A DNA stretch of 64,000 nucleotides from Eledone cirrhosa (GCA_964016885.1 OZ024740.1:424142001-424206000), one strand, 5' to 3'; positions 1-14,360 are shown, counted from the stretch's first letter. Made by a program: numbers and translations. The notes: a model not told the origin generated them from the sequence alone.

Positions 1-381
1 ACTGTTCTCCTAATGTAAATGGTTTCTTGTTTTTACCAATCAAATGTGAAATCTAAAAAGATGTTCTTGTTAAAGCTTTATTTCTATCTGACTTTTTACA
101 AAACAAGTCATACATATTAGCTTGTGATTTTTTTAATGTTTTTCAGCAAAGTAAAGTGACTTGTTTTTATCATTGGTGTGGTTAGTATCAAGGTGTCTTT
201 TAAGTTTTGCAGGATTTAAACAGCTATTTGATAGAACTTTTGAACATAGCAAACACATGGGTTGATCTGGTGTATCTTTTTTAGTGTCAGCTTTTTGAAA
301 TCCATATCTAACATAATCATCACACCACTGTCTAACCTTACTGCTGGTATCTAACTTCAGCTTCTTTGCAGTAGACATCAT
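1..381 (-). pseudogene. hAT transposase N-terminus with BED zinc finger (ZBED5/Buster-like), disrupted
   Basis: RQWCDDYVRYGF...PMCLLCSKVLSNSCLNPAKLKRHLDTNH. After a frameshift and stop it continues ...ISHLIGKNKKPFTLGEQ, matching the K-P-x-T-I/L-G-E motif of Buster transposases. Confidence 0.85.
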
Positions 382-1715
382 ATCAATGTTATTTATCTAC
401 AGTTAAACTTTGTAATATGACATTAATAAACAAGAGAAATTAACAGTTTTTTTAATTACAAAAAGTACTTAAATTAACTTTAATTTTAGATATTTGGAAA
501 AACTTAACTAGTTAAAAAAAAATTTTAATTTTTAAAAATTGAAATTTCTCCATTTTAGGATGGCAAACATATTATTTAAAGTCTTATATTAAAATATTAG
601 GGGTTACTGAAAAAGGTGCAAATTTATAAACAACTAGAAGAAATTTTTTTCAGAGTCCAGCACTTCCTGCATATACTACTTTAGAGTCGTATTAAATATT
701 ATTGGTAATGTAAATATATTTAAATATCCGCCATACTAAAAGGTGCAAAAAATGCAGATCAGCTGATAGTGTAGAAGATGTAACGATGGTATTGGAAATT
801 AATTCAGATATCTTCTATCTATTTTGACTCAAAGTTAGATATAATATAAGAAGGCTTTAGGCTGCGTTAAACATATATTAGATTGGAACAAATAAAGTTT
901 AGTCAAATGCTTGTGGACATATATATTTATTGTATGAAGTAATTTCTCAATTGTGAATGCAGATGTCATCAAATGAATACATAATTGTGTGGCAAAGTTG
1001 ATAGTGTATGCATGGAATGCAAAATTACCTTTGTTAGTAGTCAAAACTTTACAGGCGTTATATTTTCTGTACAAAGTACAACAGAATGTAACGTGTTCTT
1101 ATTTAGAATTGTCTGTGGAACTGGATGCATGTTGTAAGCGGGTTCACTCTGTGAGGAAACTTTAAAGCTTTTGTGAGGACAGCAGATTAAAACGTGTTCT
1201 CTATTGAAAACATTCTACTGAACTTACGTTGTGAGAACAGCGAACTGACCCTGTCTCTCGGCTGAGAGACCTCGCTGAAATGAAGTTTTCAGTTTAAAGT
1301 TATGCTGTCATCGACCAACATTTACTTGTTCGTGATTGGTCAATTTCTAAGTTCAATTAGTGTATTATCAGTAGTAGTCAAATCCTTGGAATTCAGAAAA
1401 CTATGTCTTTCCAAGAATTGATGTGAGATTCGTGGAAATTGAATACTTTCAATTTCCACGAATCTCAGAACAGTGTTTTTCTACTAATTCAAGTGAGAAA
1501 CTGAAAGTAGTGTTTTCCACGAATTGGAGTGGAGAACCTGTGTACACTACAATAGTACTCGTTCATTTATACATTGCACCTTTTGGCATTTTCTTTGCAC
1601 CTTTTTCAGAAAACCCAAAATATTAATGGTAATGTAAATATTTATTTTTTTAAGGAACCCGGAGTTTGTTTTACGGAACCCCAAGGTTCCGCGGAACCCA
1701 TGTTGGCGACCACTG
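1..1715 (-). mobile_element. hAT DNA transposon (Buster/Charlie type), 5' part, runs off the window
   Basis: Terminus on - strand CAGTGGTCGCCAACATGGGTTCCGCGGAACC ends at 1715. Adjacent 8-mer ATGTAGAG has the central TA typical of Buster target sites. Transposase N-terminus lies at 1-381. Confidence 0.85.
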
Positions 1716-2037
1716 ATGTAGAGAACCTCTTGTTTAGCCAAGATATATTGTAATTAAATATATGATGCAATCAGTTGTCAGAAAATATGTAAGATTGATT
1801 GCACTGGGAATTGTATTACCTTTCAGCCTCCAATCTTTGAAGAAGTAAATCCTAATAATTCCTGCAACAAATTATGTATGTGTGTGTGTGTGTGTGTGTG
1901 GGGGGGGGGGGGGTATTTGAGTTTTTCTAATACTATGATATTTTTAACATATTCTTGTGTGTGTCCATGTTTCTGTGTGTATTAATGTCCAGTAAATTAG
2001 TGGTTCAACAAAAAAAAACATCCAGAATTTTGAAATC

Positions 2038-2185
2038 ATAAGTTCTGGGGTTGCTAGGATTGACTAAACCAATGTGGTGCTCCAGTATGGCAGCGATCTT
2101 TTAAAAACATAAGTTCTGAGATTGATAGGATTGATTAAATCAAAGTGGTGTCCCAGCATGATTACAGTCATTGAAAGAATGAAAG
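2038..2185 (+). mobile_element. Two tandem degenerate SINE 3' fragments
   Basis: Duplicated aagttctg.g.ttg.taggattga.taaa...gtggtg..ccag.atg motif. Confidence 0.45.
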
Positions 2186-2698
2186 GATATATAAATTGCA
2201 TAAAATAACAATTATATACTTATGTTAAATCTCTATTCAACAGTCCACATCTTTTCCCCCTCTTCCACACACACACTCTCTCAATTGTGTTATATTATAT
2301 CAGTTTCCCTTTGCTCCCAAATTTAATTACATTATATATAGACAAAATAAGGTGAGCTTGCTTTTAAAATATGCAGTGCATAGAACATTCAGTAATGCAC
2401 AGCAGTGAACAAGATAAACCATAGAGAAAATATAAACCATTAAATAACAATTTAAAAAAGCCACTTGGGATGTTTCTTCAAGGGAAGTATGTTCTAAAGA
2501 AATGTCTGTCTGTCTTACAAGTATATGTATCAGACATATGCAATTCTCTATGTACATTTGTGTCTGTGTCCACAAAAACATATATTTTCTTTCATATACA
2601 CCTATAATATATATATATATATATAACATCATCATCGTTTTTACATCTGCTTTAAAAAAATATATATACATACATATATGTATGTATATTAAATGAGG

Positions 2699-2740
<42 letters not shown>

Positions 2741-2810
2741 AATGTTTCGACGGCTAATTCTGAGTCCAGAATTAGCCGTCAAAACGGCTTGAGGTCAGCC
2801 GTCGGGGTCC
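2741..2810 (+). ncRNA. Truncated hammerhead-like motif (long stem II, stem III and GUC; 5' core missing)
   Basis: GACGGCTAATTCTG-agtc-CAGAATTAGCCGTC hairpin, then aAAAC-GGC-loop-GCC-GTC. Lies between two (TA)n tracts. No CUGANGA present. Confidence 0.4.
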
Positions 2811-2899
2811 TAATCGTTCCTATTACCTACTCTACTACCCTAAGTATTGATTACTTTGGTGCGTTATGGTCCACCTGGTTCCTTACCACATTTCCTTTG

Positions 2900-2978
<79 letters not shown>

Positions 2979-2980
<2 letters not shown>

Positions 2981-3132
2981 CATCATCATTTAATGTCTAT
3001 CGACCATGCTAGCATGGGTTAGATTGGAGTTATCCCACTTGAGGCAAGATTGGTCGGGTGACCGTGTCTCGCTTGTATAGGACTATCTGGCAGGCTTTCT
3101 ACAGCTGGATGCCCTTCCTAACACCAACCACA
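2979..3132 (-). mobile_element. RTE LINE 3' UTR fragment
   Basis: catcatcatttaatgtc...cccacttgaggcaagattgg...ggatgcccttcctaacaccaacca matches the 3' ends at 45010-45170 and 56283-56435. Confidence 0.8.
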
Positions 3133-3148
3133 TGAACATTTGTATATA

Positions 3149-3214
<66 letters not shown>

Positions 3215-4901
3215 AAAAGTTAACAAAAATAACAATGTTAATGTTTCAGACACTAGTCCTTCAGTAGATAGAATGATAAATAAAAGACGAAATGGAAAGA
3301 TAGGAATTGAGAAAAGGAAAGAATGGGGAAAAACATGTGCATTCTCAGGCATATTGGATAGATATACATATAGACACTTGTATAAACACACTATCTTGAA
3401 AATAGTGTGTTTTGCATTGATATCATGTATTCTTACAGTATATACAAATAAGGAAATAGCAACAGAGACTGCAGCAGGTATTGTTTGATCTATTAGGTTA
3501 TAACCCCTGTATATCAAGAGAAAGTACTAAGTGGTTTGTGTTGATAGTTAATAACAATATTTCCTTGAGAGTTAAAGTAAATCCTTACAGGCCATAATCT
3601 CCCATGCTTCAATCAAACACAGGTCACATTCTCTGTGCTTACCATTGTGGAATTTTGCTAGCCTTTATTATGGACCAGGTAAGCTACTAGTTTATTTTCC
3701 TTTCTATCAAAGCCCAGACATATTTCACTTGGTGAAGTTGTCTGTTTAAGAATGGACTTAATTTAATGGGCCTTGGAAGGATGAAATACCACAAGGCATT
3801 TTATCCCCTTCTCTACCAACTTTGCCAATCTATCTCTAGGTATAATGATAGAATAAAACAAAACAAAAAAGAGCTCCATCTTTCAAAGCCAGTAAAATAT
3901 ATGCAAAGAGAAAGGACCAACTTTATCTACTTGTAAATTTGTTTCCTCTCCCTCACCCTATAGCCATCATACTACATTACATATATGTATTGTCATCATA
4001 GCTGTAGTTGCTTTAGTAACCGCCTGTGTTGAGGAGGTGTGGGGTGTAAGAGGATTGGAGTGGAGGTGAATTAGAGGAATTTGCTTGTCTATATTACCTT
4101 TAGAATTTCTTGTCCTCAGAAACTGTTAAAATTAGATGACAATGACACTCTCTCACTCTCTCTCTCTTTAACTGATGCAATGTCCTGTTGTCATGAGTGC
4201 CTGCACTCACATATGCCCCAAATAAAGAACTCCAGCATGTATTGAGCACTATTGTTGAAATAAACACTACTATTATGGCACTGTAGTTTGGGTAAAACAT
4301 TTGTAAGACAATAATAATAGGTGTCAGGCAAATTTACCACAACATTGTTATAGCTTTACAACATTCAGTAGAGCCTGCAGCTTCTCTTTATTACAAATAT
4401 CTATCTATCCATCTCTCTCTCTCTCTTATATATATATAATATACATACACATATACATACATACATATATATATATATATATGTATGCATGTATGTATAT
4501 ATATGTATGTGTATGCATGTGTGTATATCTATATATATACACACTCGTATACATATATGCACGCACGCAACGCAGATTGATCATATCTGTTGACTTGTAT
4601 CTGCTTATCAATAGGTGGGGGAGTGCTGTGGTAGTGGTGGTAGCGGTGTTGGTTGTGGTGGTAATGGAAGTGGTGTTGGTTGTGGTGGTGGTAGTAGTGG
4701 CAGTAGTGGTAATAATGTAGGTAGAGGTGGTGGTAGTGTGTAATATTAGTAGCAGTGGAGGTTATCCACAGCCAATGAAATAATCTAATTTTCTGCTTGA
4801 GAAATTATTTAGTGCTATATATTTTCTATCTCTGCCAATAAGTGCCTGTTTAACGCTGTCTACTCTGCTTGGCCCATTTTCTCATTTTGTCATCTCCATC
4901 T

Positions 4902-4961
<60 letters not shown>

Positions 4962-5611
4962 AATATATATGTATTTACATACACATTTATATATGTATGT
5001 ACATATGTATGTATATATATATATACACACACACGCATATATAAATACAGTAAACTTTTTATTATAGCAACATGACTGAGATAAGAAATGCATTGTATGT
5101 TCGTGTGTCATCATCATCATCATCATCACTGTTTGTCTATTTTCAATACTTTCATGAGTTACATAGGTTGTCATCTACTGAAGCTAGACTGGTCAGTTGA
5201 CCACATCCTGCTCATACGCTCCGATTCTGGTTTAGTCTCTATAATTGGACACCCTTCCAAAGGCAAAACAATTTCAACATGTACTAGGAACATTTTATCA
5301 TGACTCTGGGACTACCACCTTACCAGGTAGACTGGGTGCTTGTTTCTCATAGTACCAGCACTGCCACTGGTCAACTAACATCTGGAATGTCATCAGGCAC
5401 TCACTGCCCCCTCCTAGTTAGAGAATGTGATCGGTGAAAGTTCCACTTTAGCAGTTTATAGAGGATTAGTGGCATGGAAGAACAATATTCTCAGGGAAGA
5501 TCTGGGCTTTGACAGAAGTGAACTGGCCAGTGTGTTTCAAAATCTTTCAGACCAGGGATTTCTATGGACAATTTCCTAAACATAACTCTCTAGTCTGGCA
5601 GTGCAGTTGAG

Positions 5612-5971
5612 GATAAACTCTACAGGCATGGTAATGCTATCTGACTGGCTGTCTGTGATAAACTCTACAGGCATGGTAATGCTATCTGACTGGCTGTCTG
5701 TGATAAACTCTACAGGCATGGTAATGCTATCTGACTGGCTGTCTGTGATAAACTCTACAGGCATGGTAATGCTATCTGACTGGCTGTCTGGGATAAACTC
5801 TACAGGCATGGTAATACTATCTGACTGGCTGTCTGGGATAAACTCTACAGGCATGGTAATACTATCTGACTGGCTGTCTGTGATAAACTCTACAGGCATG
5901 GTAATACTATCTGACTGGCTGTCTGTGATAAACTCTACAGGCATGGTAATGCTATCTGACTGGCTGTCTGG
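5612..5971. repeat. 45-bp minisatellite, 8 copies
   Basis: Unit GATAAACTCTACAGGCATGGTAATGCTATCTGACTGGCTGTCTG(T/G), near-identical copies with no spacers. Confidence 0.97.
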
Positions 5972-6638
5972 GATGGGATGTGTGCAGTGTGACAAAACCA
6001 TTCTACATGCACTTATTTAATATCTGAGCATCACTGACCTCTGGAGTTATGTCAAACAGTTGCTGACATGTGTAGGAATGATCCAGTTATTGACCAAGTT
6101 CATTAAGATCGCTCCATTGCCTGCCTTTAACTTGGAAGGACAGGAAGTTTGTCTTTGGTGGCTATATAAAAAGATGTGTGGTGGACAAAGTTGAGAGTTC
6201 TGAGGACTTTCATTTTTGGTCAAGCTCATCATCACCATCTTTGTAAGTACAGGCATGGCTGTGTAGTTAAGGCGTTTACTTCACAATTTGAATCAACAAT
6301 TTCGTTTTACATTCATTTAACTCAAAGACAATAATGTTTTGTCATGTTCCCTTTTTGTTAAACATGGGATCCTTCATAATGGAAAATATTTTCAAGTGAG
6401 ACAACTAACTCTAGGAGAAAATGTCTTTAGTTTTTATTGTATCTATGTCTTGTAACAAAATATCAATTAGTTGTGGATAAATAATACACCTGCCTGTATG
6501 TATGTCTCTGCCTGTGTATATGTGTGTATGTATGTATATATATGTGTATGTGCGTGTGTTTATGAATGTATGGAATAAAGGTACTATCACGAATAAAACC
6601 ATAATTGTCATGTAATTCTGTCTCTATTCAGTCCTCTC

Positions 6639-6676
<38 letters not shown>

Positions 6677-6837
6677 GATGTCTGTATAAATATGTAAATA
6701 ACAGAAGAACCAGATTTTTCTCTCAGCACATGGATGTAGTAAAGCTTCCAAGACAACCAACCAAACACATGCCATGTCATGATCAAGCATTTTATGTATA
6801 TATAAAGAGAGAGTGTGGTCATTCAATTCATCTGTAT

Positions 6838-6950
6838 AGTGAAGCTGTGTGGCTGTTAGGGAATTGGATTCACGATTTTGAGGTTGTGTATTTGATTCCC
6901 AGAATGGGCAATGTATTATGTCTTTGAACAAGACACTTTTCATGTTGCTC
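6838..6950 (+). mobile_element. tRNA-derived CORE-like SINE fragment
   Basis: Degenerate A/B boxes followed by tgtctttgaacaagacactt, resembling 55830-55930. Confidence 0.55.
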
Positions 6951-7734
6951 TTTCTGCCAGGAGTTGCACTTGGTAGATAGTATCAGCAATAGAAATAATT
7001 TTCCCTTGGTCTAATTTGAGGAGTTCCACACCATTCAGTAAGTAAATGCTGTCTGGGATTTTGTCGATTGTTTCCATAGTCCATTTAATTTATCTCTACT
7101 TTTACACTCTACAATATTTCCAAATTTACCTTTTATTATGCCAAAGTTGGTAGTGGCAGCCCTGAAGTTTGGTACCTGATAGAAAGCAGAGATATTATTA
7201 TGGCAGTAGGTGGGATATTTTGCACCTGAAAGGAAGAGTGTTGGCATCGCTTTATGATAGTATGGAGAGGGTTCTCACATGTCTAGATGTTCCCACCTAA
7301 CTATTCTATTACTATGTGCAGCATTGTATATGTTTTCATGTCTATGCAGGGTTGGACTGTCAGGATTTTAGCAGGATTTTCTTGGCTAGATACCCTCCCT
7401 ATTGCCAACCAGTTGGTGCATTTTATTGTCCTCACCTACACTGTGTCAGTTTTTTTATTCAGAGTTACTGCACTTGCTCAGTGCTAGATCCTCATCTACC
7501 CTATGTAAGTTTTATTCAAAGATACAGTTCTCCTAGTTAAGTCACCTTCACCATGCCTTACTTCTCACCATAATACCACTAAGGGTACTCACAGTGTGGC
7601 AAAAGAAAGAGGAAGGGAGGGGTTAAGGTAAGTTGGTGGGTTTCACTAGAAGTGGCACTTGAGGAGCTCACAGAAAACTGTTAACCAAATAAGCTTAGAA
7701 AGCAGATACTATGTCGCCATCTTTGTAATAATAA

Positions 7735-7913
7735 CAATAATTGTTTCTACTTTTGGCACAGGGCCAGCAATTATCCCAGTGCATTACTGGTACTTTATTT
7801 TATTAACCCCATAAGGATGAAAGGCAAAGTTATCCTTGGCTGGATTTGATAACAATAATTGTTTCTACTTTTGGCACAAGGCCAGCAGCTACCCAGTACA
7901 TTACTGGTACTTT
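7735..7913 (-). mobile_element. Two tandem 3' fragments of the major tRNA-derived SINE
   Basis: ttgtttctacttttggcac..ggccagc...actggtacttt occurs twice. Confidence 0.8.
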
Positions 7914-9281
7914 AAACAATAATGAATGCAAAATAAAAGTGGAGAAAGAAATTGCTTCATTCAGACTAAGAAGCCTGCAGCTTAAAAACTGATCTGAAGG
8001 ATTTTTTATTACAACACAAAATCAAAGCCTTGATTGAAAGATTGTTTTTTATTACAACACAAAGCTGAAGCCTTTGTATTTATGGTGAACAGAAAGAACT
8101 AAATAGCCAGAGCTTTTGATGTGTTTAAAATTCTAGCCTGAGGCTTGATTTTTGTTTCAAATCATTGTTTTAGTGGAGAAAATTCTTTGAGTGACCTCCT
8201 GTTGATTCCATGTACCAGAAAGATTAAATGTTTGACTTTTTAGATTTTGATTTCATTTTGTTAATTTTTCATTTCACAACCTCACTAGTGCTGGTGACAC
8301 AAAGTTCACTCCACACATTCTATAAAGTGGTTGGTGATAGGAAGTGCATCCAGCCATAGAAACAATGCCAATAGTGGAACATTTATAAGATGTGTCCCCT
8401 ACTACTGCCACCCATTTTGAGAGAAGAGTAATTATAATTTTGCATTGATTTTGTTTATAACCTTTCCAACCCATGCCAGCATGGAAAACAGACATTCAGT
8501 AATGGCGATGAAGACAGACATTCAATAATGGCGATGAAGACAGACAAGAGGGAGATAGAGAAAGAGTCTTGTCTGATGACTCTGAATACACAGGCAAAAC
8601 TCCAGAGTAACAAGATTCTGATTTGACCTCAATAAAAAAAACTGTGTGTGCGTGTGCTTGTGTAACATAAATAGACAAGTATGTGTGTAATATAAATAGA
8701 TAAACATATATATATATTTATATATATATACACGCACACACACTTACACACACATAGTTAAGTGAATTCTATGTATGTGCGTGTGAAAGGGTTACAGAAA
8801 GCTGTTCAGAGATATTAAATTGATGATGGATCGGGTTAAAATATTTGAGCACTCCTTCCAGCATAAGTTTTAACATGTATACAACATGAACACGCAAGCA
8901 CACGTGTACACACATACATGCAAGCAGACACACACAAGCACATATGTGCACACATGAAAGCACACATGTGCACATGCACTCACACATGCGAAACTGATGT
9001 ACACACACACAAGCACACATACACATGTATGTACACATACACACAAGCAGGTTTGTGTGTAACAATTATAATTATGGTCAGGAGTATTATTACAAAGATA
9101 ATGATGATGATGTAGATGATGATGGTGATAGTTTAATATTGTTATGTGACTATTAAAAGATAAATGTATTGCTTTATTTTTAATGTGTGGATTAGATTTA
9201 TTTGAAGATTAAAATCTAAACTATGGAGTTTTTTTCTATATTAAAAATGCAGTTTATTCATCAGATTAATACAAAGACAGA

Positions 9282-9572
9282 ATGGTAGTGATGGTGGTAG
9301 TGGTAGTTTTTGCAGTGGTGGTGGTCTTGGAGGTAGTAGTGGTCTTAGCAGTGATGATGGCAATGTTTGCGGTCCTGGTGGTGGTCTTTGTAATGGTGGT
9401 AGTGGTTGAAGTCCTGATGGTCTTTGTGGTGGTGATAGTCTTTGCACTGGTGATGGTCCTGATGATCTTTGTGGTAATGGTGGTAGTGGCAGTGGTCCTG
9501 GTGGTGTTTGGGGAGGTAATACTGGTGGTAGCTTTTGCTGTGGTGTGGCAATGGTTGTAATGGTGGTGGTGG
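9282..9572. repeat. Degenerate (GTG/GTN)n trinucleotide tract
   Basis: Low complexity; gives poly-Val, poly-Thr or poly-His ORFs depending on frame. Confidence 0.85.
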
Positions 9573-9999
9573 GTAGGGACTGGGGATGATTGAAACAGAA
9601 AACACAAAGAACCCAGCTGTTGTAACAGAGAACAATAAAAGAAACAGTAAAGAAATATGACAAGATAAAGTTTTCACTGTTTAAAAAGTCAACTTTCTTT
9701 AATTTCACTGAGAGTTTAACTAATAGACACCATTAACTGGTGGGGTTTAAGGAATTTGGGGCTGGTTGGTTGTCTGTGTCCATGTGTGTTATATTGTTAA
9801 TTTTAAATTAAAATCTAGTGTCTGTGTCGATGAATGAAAATGTTAACATAATGATTGCATAAGTTAGTTTTGTGTTGGCTAAAGTGTCAGCAGTAGATGA
9901 CAGAAGTGCAGTGGTCATAACCTTCACAGATTGTCTGACATTGTGGTTGATGTTTTACCTTGTACATCTGCTAGATGACATCTGTAGGTGAGCCTGGGC

Positions 10000-10272
10000 A
10001 GGACTCCAGATGAAATACTTAGGGGGGAATGGAGGAAAGGATTAAGAAGTAGACAGTGTGGGTACTAGAGCTGGGATGAGGGAAGGGGAATGTAAGCCTA
10101 AGACCGGCATCCAGATGATAATAGTTGGTGGGGAAAGGATTAGGAAGTAGATAATGTGGGTATTAGCAGGATTAGGGGCAGGGGAATTGTGAGCATAGGA
10201 CAGGATCCAGCTGATTATACTTTGGCAGGGTGGGAAAAGATTAGGAAGTAGACAGTGTGGGTACTATTGCAG
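10000..10272. repeat. Diverged ~100-bp tandem repeat, 3 copies
   Basis: ccag.tga..a...aa.gatta.gaagtaga.a.tgtgggta.ta recurs at about 10007, 10111 and 10207. Confidence 0.7.
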
Positions 10273-10884
10273 GTATGTGGGAGGGGAGACAATAGAAAGA
10301 CAGGAGGAGAGCAGGCAGGGGTCTTAGCACCCCTACTTCTGGAATTTCATCTTCACATATTTTGTAGCCTCATTGTACAGTTATTTTATATATGTTGTCA
10401 ATTGCTGACTTTCAGTTGGTTCAAGTTTTTCCTCACTTTCTCTGTTCAGACTGCAAAACTGTGTGTGTGTGTGTACACATGTATGTGTATGTGTTTGTGT
10501 AAATAAAGATGTATATGAAAGCATATACAATATGTTTATAATAAACATACATAGGTCTTGCTATGGGTGTTTTAAATTGTGATCATGTCATATCTGTCTC
10601 AGAATATTTTATTTATCTTTAATGAGACTTGGTTCTGAGACAAGAGTAAACTCTAGCTTTTATAGTTTTTTCATATAAAACATCTGCTTGTTATGCTCAT
10701 TTGCATATTGTAAAAGCTGGACGTAAATTGTGATATATCATCATCGTCATTGTTTTTATGTCCACTTTTCCATACTTGTATGGGTTGGATATATATATAT
10801 ATATATATATATCATCACCATCATCGTACAACATACATTTTTTATGCTAGCATGGGTTAGACGGTGTATGTATACATACATATA

Positions 10885-11039
10885 TATTCCACCCCTGTAC
10901 ACACGCACGCATGTATCTGTGTGTATATCAAGACTCATACTGTTCAATTGCCTGACATTTGTACATTATTCTATGTACTCACCTTTGATGAGTTGTAGTG
11001 CACCTGAGCACTGTACATAATAATTTCATTATTATTATT
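10885..11039 (+). mobile_element. CR1-type LINE 3' UTR fragment
   Basis: cacctttgatgagttgtagtgcacctgagcactgtac..aataatttcattattatt is the same tail as the element at 60575-61088. Confidence 0.8.
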
Positions 11040-13120
11040 GTGTGTATATATATATATATATGTGTGTGTGTGTATATATTATATCCATATATCCACACGC
11101 ACACACACACACACATATATATGGATGTAATTTTAAGCTGGGACCACAAATGTTATAGTGATGTTAGTTGACTGAAGCGACTCTTCATTTGAAAAGATGA
11201 AAGAACAACAATTAAGCAGTCCTACAATATTATTTCACATGGGAGCAGTGCCAGGGGGCATTTGTTTAGAGTCTGTATTGTTCTACAGCTCTATATAACA
11301 ATAAATATACTAACCTGCCATTGTCTAAGGAATCACTAGCCAGTTGTATTCAGCTTGATAATATAACGAAACACAAAGTTAATCACCTCTTTTAGCTTTA
11401 TTATTTATTTATTTTTAATATACTCTAACAAATAATTGTGAGCCTTGCTGAAATTATTTCTGACAGAAATATTGTCTTAGATACACATGTACATTCATAG
11501 ACATAAACACATGCAGACACACACACACATATATATAGATATATATATATAGATATTCACACATACACATATACTTTGTCAACACACACACACATAGACA
11601 CACCCACATATACACACATAGACATACATACACAGGCATACACAGATATACACACATGTTCACACATACATATATTGTTACACTATATATATGCCTGTGT
11701 GTGTGAGAGAGAGAGAGAGTTTATGTATGTATGTATGTCCATACATGTATATACACACACAACATATATACAGCATACATGTATATACACACAATATATA
11801 TATATACACACACAACATATATACAGCATACATGTATATACACACAATATATATATATACACATGCACATATATAGTGTGGTGTGGTGTATAGACAGTGG
11901 AATGTAAAAACATGATGTAGCCTCTCCAATGTGCATGAGTCCACTCCTAAGTGGGCAGTAGTTGTAAATATTTAAGGATAGGGGAGACTTCATCCCTCTT
12001 GGTTTAGAAGAAGGGGGAGGAGGCTCTCTTGTGCCAATGGCATCAGATAAAATGGTGGTGTATTTTTCTTCACTTATTCTTGTGTGAGATGACACAGACT
12101 GTACTGTCGTGAGATGACCAACTTATACCAGCATGGGAAAACAATATAAATATATACTCACACATTTACATACTCACATATATTGAAAAACATACACATA
12201 TTCATATATATTGAAAAATAAACAAACACATATATATATATTGAAAAACCCCACCACACACATATATATTGAAAAACCCCATCACACATATATATTGAAA
12301 TTGAAAAACACACACACACACCTATACACATATTGTGTTGTTTTCTGTCCCAGTCTGTGTTTATTGTCTAGTTATTGCTTCTAATTATCATTCCTTTCTC
12401 TATCATTGCTAATAGATCAATTTAACATCTATTTGTCGATGTTTGCATTACTAATAGACTTTCATCTCAAAGAACGGTTTTTTGCTTTTTTTTTTTCTTT
12501 GATTATTTTTTGGGGTTTTCCCTGTGTATTATTTATTTATTTTTTTTATTTGATTTGTTTTTTTGTCCACAAAATTGTTTATCTTCTTCCACGTTTGTTT
12601 TTCTCTCAGGCTTGCCTCTGCTGGATGCTATTTTCATTGCCTTTATTTATTTTGATTTTCTTCATTTGCTCAAAAACCTCAGCTAAGGAATATGTCCTCG
12701 GTTTCCTCCTCCACTTCCTTCTGTTGCTTTTGAGGCAATAAAAAAATCCTTACTTTTTATATATATTTTTCTTTATTAAAGCTCACACCTAGGCTCCCAT
12801 GAGGTTGCAATGCATGTTTCCTGTGAGTTTGCCTTGATAGGCTAAAATACCAGTGAATTACTGGAGTTGATCCCAAGGACTATATTCCTTGGCTGCCCAA
12901 ATTTCTGACCTTGTGTATCTATGCTAGATATTATTTTTATTATTACTTGTGGTGGAGCAGGTTGAAAGGACTGAAGACAGACACTTTTCTCTTCAGCCAA
13001 TCCCTCATCAACTTTTTTAAGTTTCACTTGGTAAGGAAGATGAGGGTGGAGAAGAATGTGTTGAGGGTTTTTTTAAGGTTTTAATTTTTTGTGTGTAATG
13101 AAACAGAAGGAGAGTTTGGA

Positions 13121-13332
13121 TTAACCCTTTAGCATTTAAACTGGTTGTATCTGCCGAGAATTCTTTCACTTCTTTGTGTTCGAACTGGCCATAACCGGCT
13201 GCTCATGACGATATTAAGGTATTGTTTTCAAAATAAATAATATCAAAATCTCATAGGTTCAATATTATGTGAGGTAAAGCCTTTACTATGAAAATACAAT
13301 AGTAAATATAGAGTAATGTAAACGTTAAAGAG
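13121..13332. mobile_element. Degenerate piggyBac-type MITE
   Basis: Starts TTAA-CCCTTTAGCATTTA; decayed complementary end TAAACGTTAAAGAG. Confidence 0.5.
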
Positions 13333-13384
13333 CGAGAAAAAGGATCAGATATAAGGGGAGGGTGAAGAAGCACTCAGTCCACAC

Positions 13385-13545
13385 TATGAATGTGGTTGGC
13401 ATTAGGAAGAGCATCCAGCCATAGAAACCAAGCCAGAAACAGTTCTGTATGGGCTGGACATGGTCGCTTGACCTGACTTGTCTCAAATGGGACACCCCGT
13501 CTAACCCATACTAGCATGGAAAATAGGCATTAAACGATAATTGTG
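13385..13545 (+). mobile_element. RTE LINE 3' UTR fragment
   Basis: aatgtggttggcattaggaagagcatccagcc...ccgtctaacccatactagcatgga...ttaaacgat matches the RTE tail. Confidence 0.7.
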
Positions 13546-13869
13546 ATGATATATGGGTGAAGAATGAAGAAAATAGTTGAAGTTGAGGCTTGTACTTCAA
13601 TAATACCGTCCTGGGACTGCTCCACTCTAACCAGGACAGAATAGAGAAGGGTGAAATGAAATGGCAGGTTTCCAAGATTTTCTTACAAACTAGACTCACT
13701 CAATGAAATAAATGAGAGAAGCATGTGGCCAAAGGGAGCAATTTGAGAAGGAGGGATGAATGGAGATGTGGTTGGTAGTGTTTGTAAAGTTTTAATTTGG
13801 TTTGTGTTTTTCTGATTTTGTTTTAAAATTGCTTTAATATTGTCAGGTTAATGAAGGATATGAGAGGAG

Positions 13870-14105
13870 CTGTGATACAAACAAAATTCTCTACAGCAAC
13901 TTTCTGCCTGCCTAGTAAACCATACCATCCATATCAGGTGTCTTCAACTTGCAGGTCATGTCATGAGAGGCAACAAACCTGTTAGAAAACTTCTGCTATA
14001 GGAGCTCACTAATGTGACATACAAACATGGAAGACCTCTTAAGACATTAAAGATAGTTATTGAGGAAGAACTGAGGCAGTTAATGTTGGATTGTGTGAGA
14101 TGGAA
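13870..14105 (+). pseudogene. RTE-clade LINE ORF C-terminal remnant
   Basis: Translates as RCLQLAGHVMRGNKPVRKLLL*...HGRPLKT, matching the RTE motif R-L-x-W/L-A-G-H-V-x-R...G-R-P. Confidence 0.65.
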
Positions 14106-14360
14106 ATGTTTTATCATGTCACTGCAAAGAAATGGGTGAATGTGGTGGTGGTGGTGGTATGAGTGGAGAAGATAGTGTGAAAAGAAAAGGAGGGGGCACA
14201 TCTAAAATTGCTTTACTACAAGTAAGTTAATGAATGATATAATGAGGTACAAGAGTGAGAAGAAGAAAGAAATGAGCCCCTTTTTATATCACATTCCTTC
14301 TCTCAGGTTTAAACATCTTGGTCAAATAAAATTACTAATGATTGCCATTATTTTCATTGC

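Noticed and set aside
5576-6020. Repetitive ORFs on both strands
   Set aside because: Consequence of a 45-bp unit divisible by three; no domain or splice evidence.
6047-6256. Possible host exon ending in GTAAGT
   Set aside because: No recognisable domain and stops in the + frames; insufficient support.
9241-9708. Mucin-like, Pro-rich or His-rich ORFs
   Set aside because: Degenerate trinucleotide repeat open in several frames; the same applies to 16108-16630.
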